Below are positions 47,390-59,292 of a stretch of DNA of 64,000 nucleotides, piece after piece. The notes below the pieces were generated by a model. That model was not told the DNA's origin and did not search any database. It saw only the letters and a list, made by a program, of their open reading frames with translations. Within the stretch, counting starts at the first letter, position 1; each line of letters opens with the position of its first letter. The position numbers were made by a program, and so were the translations under genes. The DNA is from Moniliella sp. 'wahieum' (Eukaryota): NCBI GenBank assembly GCA_003971905.1, contig RSEE01000028.1, positions 496,001 through 560,000 of the forward strand, in the 5' to 3' direction.

Positions 47390-50300
47390 ATGGCCGCCGC
47401 AGCGTATGCGCAGGCGCTGTACGAGCGCACCGGCGGCTGTCCCCTCTGGCACCCCCGCCCGCTCCGCCTGGCCGACGTGGCGGTCGAGCGCGACGGCCGT
47501 CTCCATGTCCTCTTCAACTGCCGACGGCCCCCCGCCAATCCCATCGCTTCCTGCCTCGTCTGTGCCATCGTCCTCATCGTCTTCGCTTGCCCCGCCACCT
47601 TCCCGGCCCTCGCTGCCCCTGCCCTCCTCGCCCTCGCCTCCACGCCCCGCTTCGCCCGCTGAGCCTGCCTCGCCCACGCCCCATCCGCATCCACATCCAC
47701 ATCCACATCCACATGCCCATGCCCATGCCCATTCCCACCCCCATTCCCACCCCCATTCACCACCCCCCCAGCCCCGCTCGCCTTGCCGCCCCGCGATGTC
47801 ATCACCTCCACCCTCGCCCTCGACGGCCCCCGCTGCTCCTCCTCTGCCGCCTGGGTCCGTGCCGAGCCCGGAACGCCTTCCCGCCTCGCCTTTTCTCTGG
47901 GCCCTGACCCCGGCGCTGTGCTGGTTGCACGCAACCCTGTTGTCCAGCATGCCGCCCTCAGCCAGGAGACCGCACGCGCCTACTTGGCCGCCCATCGCTC
48001 CTGGATCTTCGCCACGTTTGCCGCCTCGTACGCGTTGGAGCCCCACGAACCCCTTGTCCTCCTCACTTCTGTTCAGCTCACATCCGACTGGGCTCTGGCC
48101 GTACATGCTGGAAGCGAGCGGGCTAGCGACGTTTCTTTCTACGTCCCTGCCCACTCTACCCAGAAGAGCACGGGCTTCTGGGGATATTGGGGGCACGCTA
48201 GCCCTAGCACCTCCCTCCAATATGGGCCCTACCGTGGCCCTGACACCAGTGGTTCTTTTACTCCCACCTCCGCTCCTAACCCACCTGGGTGTGGACCCGA
48301 CGGTGAGGAGCCCAGAGGTCTCGTAGAGCCCGCCAACAGCCTTCTTTCTCTTGGTCCGGACCCTACTGAGCTTGCTTCTTCGTCCTTGCCCTCTGCACGG
48401 TCCGACACTCTCAAGCATCGGTCCCCTACTACGCCCCGGCATGCATATCCTCCGCCGCCCGACACCGTCAGCTCGTCAGGTCTACCTCCGAACCTGTGCC
48501 CCCGCAGAAAGATCGGGTGGTGGCACCCCAGACCTTCCCAAGACCCTCTCTCCTCCGTTCCACAGGGCCCGGCTCACTTCGTCGCATCCCCCTCCCCTCC
48601 ATCTTGTACCACGAAGTGAGCCGCCCTTTATCTCTGGGACCGATGCCAATGTGGATGTGCAGGACTCCCTCTTGCATGGCTGGCATGGCATGCAGGATGT
48701 GGTGCAGCAGGGTGAGCAAGGTACGTTTCTCTTTTCTCTTCCCTCCCCCCTTTTCCCCTGCTAGTAGACAAACTAACTTTCCGCTTGCCGATCCATCACC
48801 GAGCAGGTATCGTTCCGGACCAATGCATCGTTTTTCAGCGCGAGTCGATCCATTTCAATCGATTTGGCACCCAGCCACGCCCACACGCACGCAGGGGACC
48901 CAAGCAAAAGACGAACAATAAAGACGAACAAGCGGAAGGTGGTCCCAGCGGTAAAAAAGTCCCCAACAGTGCTCCGGTTACCGTGCCGCGGTTTGTTCCA
49001 GCCTGGGGAGTCCCCTGGCCAGGCAGCGGAGGAATCCTTCCTTGTGCAGGGGACGACTCACCTCTTTCAGGCTGGGACAAGGCTCGGAATCTGCGAGGTC
49101 TTCCCCCCCGACCCGGAACCGATGAAGATCAAGTATCGTGCGACCCTCTGCTTGTCCTTCATTCCATCCTGCGCTGGAATGCCCCGGCGCAGGCCGAATT
49201 TACCTCTGCATCTGACCAACTGGCATTGGAGCTATTGCGTCTCGGTTCCCTCTCCAAGGAGGAGGATCACTTGGGGTACGAGGACCCACGGCTTTCATTT
49301 TCCCAACAGCAGCGTACCTGGCCTTCATCCACTACGTCTTTGGTTCCATCCTCTTTACCTGCTCACTCTTTGGAATCTCCCACAGCATCCACGTCGCCCC
49401 AACAGGGGTTATCGGTCCGAAGGACTAGTACAGCCATCACAGGCGGAGGGGTGGAAGATCCAGGCTCCCCATCTTTGGTGGATACCAATACGCTTGCCTA
49501 TCGTCTGTGGACGGCTGCGGCGACTTGGTTGGAGGTGGAAGTGGGAAAGAATGGTCTGGTGTGGGGCAAGCTTCGCACCGTTCCACGTTCCCCGAAGGGC
49601 ATTTTCTATGGGACGGACGAATCGGGCCTGGCCGATTTTGTTCCCTCCATGACCCCGACGGCTGGGACGAGTCACCGCACGTCCCGTGCCTCCCTGGTCA
49701 GCCGGGAAGGCTTGGGCCTCCATTTGGACTCGGACACTCTGGATAGTTATTCCACCCCAACGATTACCACTCCCAGCACACCCAGCTTCCTTACCTTCTT
49801 CCGCCCCACTTGCGACCAGGAAATGACCGCACTCGTTCCGCGCCCGTCGAACAGTCCGTTCACCGCCCCGTATCCATCCGCGCCTCCACCTGGGGATCTC
49901 CACAACGAAGCCCGGCCTTGCCCGAAGAAGACTACGGCCCGACAACGCGGTCTAGGCTTGCTTCTCTCTCGCTGGTCAAGGAGGGTGAGGTGGTAGGCTC
50001 GCTGGAGGATCCTGGGCGCCAGCCGAACTCAGTCCGACCACTTCCGCCTTGGGTTCCGCATCGTCAGCTTACCATCCGCTGCGGCGTCAATCGGCCATGG
50101 TAGACCGCTTGGACACGGTCCAAGTGGATTGGGCACTGCGGCGAGACTCGTTTTCGTCTCATGCGCATACGCATACGCATACCCATGCGCCAGCGCCGCC
50201 TCCCTGGACCCCACAATCGACCGCTCGTACTTTCCCCCTGGCTATGCACCCACCACCACCACCACCGCCACCGCCACCAGCACCAACATCAACATCAATC

Positions 50301-51183
50301 CCCCACCCTCCTCCATCTCACCATACGCATCTTCACCTTACTACCCTCCTCACTCGGCACCCCAGCCGTACCGTTCTGCGCTGCGGTACGAACCGTCGCA
50401 CCCTACTGCGCTACCTCACCGTGGGCCGCGCGAGTCGACTTCCCACCTCGCCTCGGGCTTGGGGGGCTACTTCCTAGTGGATCCCTTGGCCGCGCCTACC
50501 GCGACCGCGAACTCGACTTCGAACCCTACGTCGAATTCTACGTCGAACCCTCCTTCGACTTCTGCTTCGAGCGCCGCGGCATCAGCTAGCTCTCCAAGCA
50601 CGATGCTCAACCCAGGACCGTCTCATCGTCCTGCCGGCGGCTTGGGTGCTCATGCGCGCATGCGCATGCCCATTCTCATGCGCTTGCTCGTGCTCATGTT
50701 CATGTACCTTCCTCTGGCGGGCGGTGGAGCTCAAGCTCCATTCCGGTTGCCGCTTTGCTCGCCACACACCTCCTCCCCCTTTCCCCCCCACGCACCAACG
50801 CGACGTGCTCCCCCCGCCTCCTGCCCATCCGCAGCCGCACCCTCATCCTCATCCTCATCCTCATCCTCAGCCGCAGCCGCAGGCGTACCCGTACCCGTAC
50901 CCGCATACCGACGCACCTGCCTACCTGCCCCCCGGGCCGCGGTTCGACCCGCGCCGACCGCCCGCACCCGCACCTGCACCTGCACCTGCACACGTACCTG
51001 CACACGTGCCTGCACCTGAACATGGCCCTGGCCTTGGTCGACACTTTCACGATCCGTACATTTCGCTTTCCTTACGCCTCGGCTGGCGACGGTAGTCTCG
51101 GGTCCTCCGATTCCAGCCCCGGCACCTTTTCGCCCACTTACTCCCCGCATGCTTACCCCAGTCCGCCCCCGCGTGCGGCGTAG
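47390..51183 (+). CDS. Uncharacterised basidiomycete-family protein, candidate gasdermin-like N-terminal domain plus long disordered C-terminal tail
   Basis: YAQALYERTGGCPLWHPRPLRLADVAVERDGRLHVLFN, GAVLVA..YLAAHRSWI..LVLLTSVQLTSDWA..FWGYWG..YGP, DQCIVFQR and DPLLVLHSIL..ASD. Intron 48721-48806 with ACTAAC branch site. Joining 50000-51183 to this gene is inferred across indels. Confidence 0.6.
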
Positions 51184-51322
51184 ATCCCCCCCTGTGCTGT
51201 GCCCTGATGTGCTCTGTTCTCGCCCCCATTTTTTTGCTTGTGTTTTGGTCGTTGTGCTGTGTGGTGTTTGTGTGGTTTCGTTTCCCCATCGGATCGGGCT
51301 TCGTCAGTACCTTTATATCCCC

Positions 51323-51324
<2 letters not shown>

Positions 51325-51358
<34 letters not shown>
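51325..51358. repeat. (CT)n microsatellite within a pyrimidine-rich tract
   Basis: About 16 CT units, followed by about 200 bp of CT-rich sequence. Confidence 0.9.
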
Positions 51359-51360
<2 letters not shown>

Positions 51361-54300
51361 TCTTGCTCTCTTGCTCTCGCGCGCCCTCTCCCTCTCTCTT
51401 GCACCTTTTTGTCCCCCCCCCCCTGCTCTCCCTCTCTCGCTCTCCCTCTCTCGCACTTTCTCCCCGCCCCCCTCTCCGTTCTCCCCGCGACACCTATTTC
51501 CTTCCATCCTCGATTACTTCCCTCTTCCCTCTTCCCTCCTCCCCGTACCCCCTCCCTACCTCTCTCGTTTGGCTCGCTGCTGTGATCAGCGCTCAGCTCA
51601 GCGCTCAGAATGATGCACGATGCACGATGCACAATGGATGGCGGTGGTTGCAATAGACGTGTGCTCGCGCTATGGTAGTGCGTCCGCTCGACTTGGTACC
51701 CGGTAATAATAACCAGTCTGTAGATCTGGGATACTCGATACGCCCGGTCGATAGGGATGGTCCATGGTGCATCGAATCCCATACAGGCACACGGTGAACA
51801 TACCATTCACTCGTTGTTCCATCAAGAACGGGCTGGAGCATGTAGCAGGCCATAGTGCGTAGTGGTGGATGCCAGCCATGCCTTGGCTCAATGCTAAGCG
51901 CTAAAGGCTAAAGGCTAAAGGCTCAGACCCAGGCTCAATACAGTGCAACAAAAAAGGTACCGAAATTAAATACGTCGTCCGGCATATCACATTTATCACA
52001 TTCATCACATACCGTCACATGTCACATGTCAGAAGGCCTCAGGCTACCGGCTACCCCTCCCGCAGCGCCACAGTGCAGCAACGCGGGGGAGGTGCCAGGA
52101 GGGAGGCCAGGGTGCGCCAGGGTGCACCTCGATTATAGTAGGTCCTAGGTCTTAGAGCTTAGATTCTAGCGCTTTTAGCACTTCGTACTTAGTCCTTAGC
52201 ATTTACAGGGTTAGAGCTTAAAGCGTAAAACTTAGAACTTAGAGCTTAGACGCTAGCCAGCCTGCCAGATGCAGCATGCCAGAAGCCCGATGGTCCATGG
52301 TCCACGGTCCATGGCAGAACGACAAAGTCAGTCTTCGATTCTCCAGCCTATAGTAGCGTGCCTGGCTTCGCTGCAGAGTCTCCCACGTTTCTCCCCTCAG
52401 GCCCAGGTCGTCCCCTCTGCGATCGGCGTTCGCACAGACGTTCGATCACCGTGAACGAGGTGAGCGGGGGGTCGCTGAGCACGGTTCTAAGCTTGGCGCT
52501 GGAGCTTGACTAGACTGGCCAATTCTGGCCGAAAGCCGAGGCCTCGACAGGGTCGAAAGTCGAACGCTTTACCCGGTTTATGCGCGTAAGGCGTAAGGCG
52601 TAAGCTCGCATTGCACTCATCGATCATTGATCATCTCGCGCTGAGGCTCTTCAAGCTTCAAGCTTCAAGCTTCAAAGCTAGCTTCAGCGCTTCCGCGTCA
52701 GCGTCAGCGCTCATCGACACCTATCATATATCATCTCATAGATGCCGCCCCATCTGCATCAATCTTACATCGTTTAAAGGTCTCAGATCGTTCCTTCTCC
52801 GATCTTCTATCTTTTCTGTCCACCTACGGCGTTACAGCGTAGCAGACGTAGGCGCGCAAACCCGTAGTAGGCAGGCACAAACCCCAAGTAAAACAGGCTA
52901 TATAATAGGTATTGACGATATTGACATTTGACCCTGTCGCTGGCAGGTAATGCCAGGGTCCTTGACGCCACGCCGTCTTTTTCATCCAACCGCAGCGTAG
53001 CGCGTATCATCGATCCTCGTACAATCGTTAATCAACGTACGCAACGGTGCAAGCTTGGACGGTGATCGACGCTTGATCAATAGATGGGCACTGGGCAATG
53101 TTCCAGCATAGGATCGATGATCGGCCTCAGGCCTCAGGCGCTCAGGCCGGTCAATATCGATGATCTCAAAGTGGCAATGCGTTGATGCATATCGGTGGTG
53201 GTAATGCATAATGGAGTTTTGCTAGTTGGGCCCGTGTTGGACCCTGTTGGGCCCCCAGGGTGCATGCTGGTTACGGGTTCCGGGTGTCCGCATGACTGGC
53301 ACCAGCATCGGTGCCGGATGCAGTCCACGTGCCGCGGAAGGCTGGGATGCTCGATGCTGGGGCTTGGCCACCCCCCCTCTTGCCCCATTTCTGTGATGGT
53401 GTGAACGTGAGAACGTTCAGTTGATCGATGATCCGAGAAAACAAAGAGGAAATCAGACTATACAAGGCGACAGGGTTTAACGTTTACATGTTTACAGGTC
53501 TCTTGCGCTTATATTTAACCTGAAGTCCGTCTTGGGCCCTCTGTGTTTTTCTCCACATGCACCATTCATGTTTCTTCCCGCCATGAAATAATTAAGCGAT
53601 CGTATCCTTCAATTGTCATGACAGCCACCTACTTTCCCCATTCACATCTGCAAAATGGATGTTGATATCACGAGATAGCGGTGGAGCCATAGGGTGAGAC
53701 TCTTCTTCCGTGGTCAAATGGCCCCGGGAACGTTGACTCATTCTACGTTTATGGTGCACTTATTTTGGGAAAGGGTTGGCCTTCCTCCAGCAACCGGAGA
53801 ACAAAAGAGGGTGCGTTTAACGCTATCTTTACTGATTCCTCCCACCGTGGGCAGGGCCCAAATGCTGTATGACGAGCTCTACTTCAATTGATCAAGGAGG
53901 CCCTCAGCAAGCCTAAAGTAAACATGTCTCGACCCACGGAGGACGAATCGCTCTGATTACTCCTCCGTCTCTTTTTTCGCCAGCTGAAGCGGTTTGTAGA
54001 GCGCCAATGAGATTTTCTGCGTCGCTGGTGATGCCTTTACCATCATTCCCCTTTACCCTTCTGAAAGGATCGGCTTTGTGGTCTGCTCAGTCTGCGACCG
54101 CTTGACCCCTTCAGCTCGCAGTGTCGCTGCCAACCATTTGTGCCAATCCGTGGCTCGTTCGAGCAGGATACGGAATACCAGGGATACGGAACATATGCAG
54201 GACACCCTGCTCGATCCACACTGCGCTATACACGAGGTTAAGTGCTATTCAGTCCCGGCTTCTTGGCATTCAAATGGGTGATCTTGTTCTAGCCAAGCCC

Positions 54301-54875
54301 AGGCTAAGGGTGTGCCATGTGAGATTCTCTAGCAGGCATATGATGGAGGGCAACCACAGTAATCTCTCGTCGCCGAAAGCCCGGTGAGATTGATTGGCCC
54401 TGCTCCCCTGACATCAATGAGCCAATCTGCACCGATATGGAGACGGAGGATGGCTCTCAATGAGCGCTGGTTTCGAAATGCTTCCACAATTTGCGTTGTT
54501 CAGCCTAGTGTTGGCACAGGGCGCTTCGGAATGAATGGACTTAGCCTTTTCTTTAGCCAAGCCAGGTAAACATCGCAATAGCACCGTAGGAATCTCCATG
54601 TAAATGAAACTGGGCGACCAGCGGAAGTATTATCAGTCACTAACCCACTACATCAACATACTCGACGCCCATTTTACCTGAACCTCTATAACCTCTCTCG
54701 CCTCTTGGGGCCACACCCTAGCGTGGACTGCCGTGCAAAAACAAATATCAGTAAAGCATGCCTTGTTTTATTCCATAACCAGTTCAACACATGTACAGAG
54801 ATCGGTGGAGGTCTTGAAAGGATGGATGCATAAGGTCCCACAGAAAAGCCGTGGCATACGTCTGCCCAGCTTTGC

Positions 54876-55666
54876 TTATGCCGGCAAGGCTTGACGGACC
54901 GGAACAGGTGCCGATGGGACCTCCGCCTCGGTCTCGGTCGGAGCAGAATCCGAAACCGGCCTGGGCGCCACTGGCTCTGATGTTGGTGGAGTAGGCAGCA
55001 TGGTGATCGGGACCGCATCTTCTTCGCCTTCATTTTCCATGACAAACTCTTGTTGCTCCCGTTCGATCTCCTCGAGCTCGTGAAGAACCGCGTCCTCCTC
55101 CTCAGCAGTCATATGAGAGGAGAGAAGTTGGTCGATTTCCCTTTGGGCGGCTTGGGCTTCAGCGGTGTCCTCCATGAGCTTCTCGACGCTCTCAGCATTC
55201 ATCACCCTGTGGATATCCTTGAGTACTTCATTCCCCTGTTTGAGACCATAGGCCACGGCTTCTTGGATTTGGGCAAATTCAACTGTGGAAACCTGGGGAG
55301 AAGTGTCACGATAAGCATCGTCTCATTTAGGAGAAATAATAGCACACATACTAGTTGCTCCAGCGCTTCAAGTTGTCCATCCGTCTTGGCCAAAAGCGAG
55401 TCATGATACTTCCTCCTGCGAAGTGCTGTTCGGGCCTTTTCTCTCTCCCCTCGCCCCAGCGCGATTTTGGCCACTTCTTGTTCGCGGGCTGAGATAACGG
55501 CGAGCTGGACAAAAGACAGAAGGCTGTCAGCACACACAAATGGGCGGTACAAGAGTTAACCCACCTTGCGCTGGTATTTCTGAATGCGGTCGCGCTGCAA
55601 CTTGAGTTCCAGAATGGCACGGTCTTGAGAAGTGATCTTGGGCCCCTTGGATCCGGACTGGCCCAT
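54876..55666 (-). CDS. VPS20: ESCRT-III subunit Vps20/CHMP6, 2 introns
   Basis: MGQSGSK (myristoylation) ITSQDRAILELKLQRDRIQKYQRK|..ALRRRKY..TDGQLEALEQL|VSTVEFAQI..GLKQGNEVLK..VEKLMEDTAEA. Confidence 0.95.
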
Positions 55667-55862
55667 GGTTGGTGGTTGACGTTGACTCCGCTCTGAGCCG
55701 ATAGAGTGGTGCGGCCTATCTCCCAGCTAGGGCGGAAATGTGGTTCTGAAGCGCCGAATTCCGCCGTGTGACTCCGCTTATTTAAGAAAAGGTGGGCGCG
55801 AGAAAAATTATGTGCGTTTGGACGTGTCCACCATCACTAGCATCACTAGCCACTCCTGCCCG

Positions 55863-58380
55863 ATGCCGCTGCCGGACGAGCTTCCGCCCGAGAGCGATAT
55901 CGCTGCCGCTGCCTCCTGGATCTCCGAGGGACAATTTCCAGCGCGCATGCAACGCTCCACGCTTCTTCCCAGCCTTGGAGAACTAGTCGAAACGCTCCCA
56001 TCCAACGTGTCCGCAGCGGCATCCGCCGTGAGCTGTCCTCCCCATCCACCCTCCTTCTCTCACCGTCGGCGCAGCGGCTCTTACGCCTTCCGGCTATGCT
56101 ACGTCCCCACACCGGCCTCCATCATTTGCCGAGAGTCAGTTCGCCACTATCGTACGGAAACAGCGCAAGCGCCGTCTCTTCAGCCCCGTCGACACAGCCG
56201 CCACCGGGGAGTTGGGTGATGCGGCCCTACCGCCAACCCCCTCACCTCCCCAGCTTCCTCAATGTGAAACGACGGATTCCACCACCTTTGGCGCATCCTC
56301 TAAGCCCCCAGCAGCCCAGCGTGACTCAGATTCTGATCCAGAGGCATTGGCCGAACCCGACCCAGTCGTAGAACTCAAGATTGGACGATCTACCGCAGCC
56401 GCATCGGGGCGAGACGGATGGCCCTTTGCCGGATGGGGAAGTATGAGTCTTCTCGAGCTTCCTGCTTCTGCATGGGAGGGAGCAGATCGACTGTTATCCG
56501 CGCACCCGGAGCGCGTCCTTGTGCGTTCGTGCCGCCGCCCGTTGCGGGCAACGCAGTGACGGGCAGTATTTTCTACACACTTCCTGCGGTCATTGGTGCC
56601 GCGGGCATCTGGTCACCAATATCGATCTTGGTCGCTTGCCTGTTAATCGCGCCTTTCCGCTGGGTCATGGTGGAGTTATGTGAGGCGTTTGGTGCTTCTG
56701 ATAGCGCCAACTATGCATTCTTCACCCATACTGCTTCCATGGCCATTGCTGCCGTGGCAGCAGCTGCCACGCACTGGACGCTTTGGCTACCGGTGCTGTT
56801 AGCGCATCGATGCTGCCACCTATATCGCTCCTTTGACACCGGGAATGGACCAAACCCTTTGGGCGGTTGTGTTGCTCATCGCTCTCGCTGCAGTCTGCTG
56901 CTTAGGGTTGGGGGACAGCTCGCGTGTCGCATTGGGCATGCTCACACTCCATATGGTCACCATGGTCATCCTCATGATCAGCGCTGCTGTGTGGTGGGGC
57001 CACCACGGATCCGATGTTCTCCGTTCCAACTGGGCAGCCCGTACCTCCTCCTGACGTCCAACAAGTCTATCCCTCGGGCCCTGTTTGATGGCGTGTGCTG
57101 CCTTTGTTGGCTTGACAGGATTCGAGTGTGCCCCATCCTATGCCGGGCATGTCAAGCGCGGTGCATTCTCGACAGCCCTTTGGTGGCTACAAGCAGCTGT
57201 TTTGCTAGTCGAGCCAGGACTGATGCTATTTTGCTTGGCAGCCTTATCGACCAACCAATTGGCCGACGCAGCTCACGGAGGCTCCGCCAACGTCCTTGCC
57301 CTTCTAGGTCAACGAGTGGTTGGGGGTAGATGGCTACGCCTCTTGGTCACGGTCGATGCGGCCCTTGTCCTGTGCGGCGGGATCATTACGGGTGTCATCT
57401 CATTCTGTGGCTTGTTGACGGCACTGGGATCCGATCGCATCGTTCCTTCGGCCGTCTTAAAATTGCTTCCCCTTACCAAGTCTCCTATTGTAGGAATCGG
57501 AGCATTCTTGGCCATTGCTTTGATCATGGAAGCGACAACCAACTTTTCCCTTTCCTCACTCCCAAGTCTTTTCTCTTTCCTTTCTCGTTGTCCTCGCCCT
57601 CTTTTGTCTTGTTCTTTTTCTGGGCCGGTTGCGTCGGCCTGCCTTGTTCCAACACTCGAGCAAGGTTGCCCTACCCACCATTCAGATTGCCTTTGGCATA
57701 GCGGCCACCGCCATTGGCGGCAACATTGCGCTCAACCCTCATTCCCTCTTACTTTATGCGCTTTACGCCTTCGTGCTCTGGTTGGTGATTGACCTGGCTC
57801 GGACTCGCGTCGTGGTCGTCCGTCTGATCCTCTGGACTGTGCGAGAGTCGCAACTGGACTTGACCCGATGGGTCCCACCTCGTTGGCTCCAACCCGAACG
57901 GGATGGAGGCAACGGTGGCGACAGCGATCCGACACCTGTGCTCGTGCCTGGGCATGTTGCATTCCTGGGCAGGGTCGCAGCCTGGGGCGGAGGGTTGGGG
58001 CTTGGATTCAGCGTGAACGGCAGTACCCTGTGATCTACTTTGCCAAAGACGATGAGTTGAGCCAGCTGATGGCTGTGTGTTGGCCTATGTGGCCGGCAAC
58101 GAACCAGTGGCGCATGTGTATGTGGTCCACTGCTTTCGAACGGTGGACCAAGTTCCCTCGGAACTCGAGGCCAACTACCAACTGGGGACGAATCGTTCCT
58201 ACCATCACGGTTGACTTGGTCTTTGTTGAAACACCTTTCTCCCCTCGCGCCGCACTGGCCATCGCCAGTCATCTCAATGTCCCACCCTCCCGATGCTTGA
58301 TTGGCTGCCCACATGCAGGACAGACCGAGGGCGCGGGCACCATGTCCGACTTGGCACCTCTGCGCATCATTCATGCGTAA
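55863..58380 (+). CDS. APC-superfamily amino acid permease-like transporter
   Basis: VAGNAVTGSIFYTLPAV (TM1), many hydrophobic segments, FVGLTGFECAPSY (TM6), LVTVDAALVLCGGI..LGSDRIVP and a soluble C-terminal domain. Many indels. Confidence 0.82.
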
Positions 58381-59292
58381 GAGAAGGTTGTGGTCTTCTT
58401 TTGTGCCAGTTATACCCTCATTCACAGTCCCACTTCTTATGTGTCTCCTATTTATTCTTCCTCACAACCTCCCCAGCTATACTTAGTATTTGACGGGCGG
58501 GACTCAATGCAATCCCACAGTCATTATATTCGAACTGGATAGAGATGAGCGCATTTGGTTCGATGTTTGTACGTATGTGGAACGTGGAGAGATGGCCGAT
58601 TGCAGGAAGTTGCCAAAGAGAGCCATTTGCCAAAGGGAATGGGAAAGGGGCGGAAGGGGAGAAGGGGAGGAAGGGGACACAATATATCAGGACAAAAAGG
58701 CTCAGAGATTGTTGGTTTGTGGCATAATGGAGACCATAACCTCTTTCCTAGGACAGACATCCAGTGGGATAATGCTGGCACGAATCTACTGTCTTGTCCC
58801 CGCACGCTTGCGCCTTCTTCCGTGTTCTCCGCGTTTGCCTCCCCCTCCCGGCCCATAAACCACACTGCCCCAGTCGGCACTTTTCTTCCATATTTCTGTG
58901 CACTACGTGGTCAGCTCTTCCTGCGTTCTTTCAGCAGTCAGTCAGAGCCCTCTGGTTGCGGTCAAGTAGCTACACGACAACAGAAATGTGACGAGAAGAA
59001 TGACATAATTGCCTGAGGTGTTCACACTGAGGGGTGGAGAGGGTCACAATAAACAGTAGATGGAGAGAGTCGAAACAGTGAGAGTACACCACCATAGACA
59101 AACAAGGAATGTTCAAATAGAAAGGCAAGTATACCCACCGTTTAACAGCCTCAGAGGCGGTGGAAAGTCTGGTAGATCGAGGGTCCATATACATATGGGT
59201 GCGTGGGCTGCTGAGTTCACATGTCGCATCACAACGGGGAGAGATAAGGTTAGGGCCGACCGTATCGGAGCCACGAGCAATGACCCATTCGA

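Noticed and set aside
45508..48442. Long overlapping ORFs (340-460 aa) on both strands around the GEA2 3' end
   Set aside because: These are GC-rich low-complexity shadow frames (Ala/Arg/Pro/Gly-rich) with no motifs, antisense to real genes or in stop-poor intergenic DNA.
52925..52970. GGTAATGCC segment reminiscent of a fungal TPP riboswitch
   Set aside because: It lacks the CTGAGA and CCTGAT core elements, and no thiamine-related gene or intron context is present.
53460..54600. Possible transposon relic in a lower-GC gap
   Set aside because: No transposase, RT or integrase motifs, terminal repeats or target-site duplications were recognisable.
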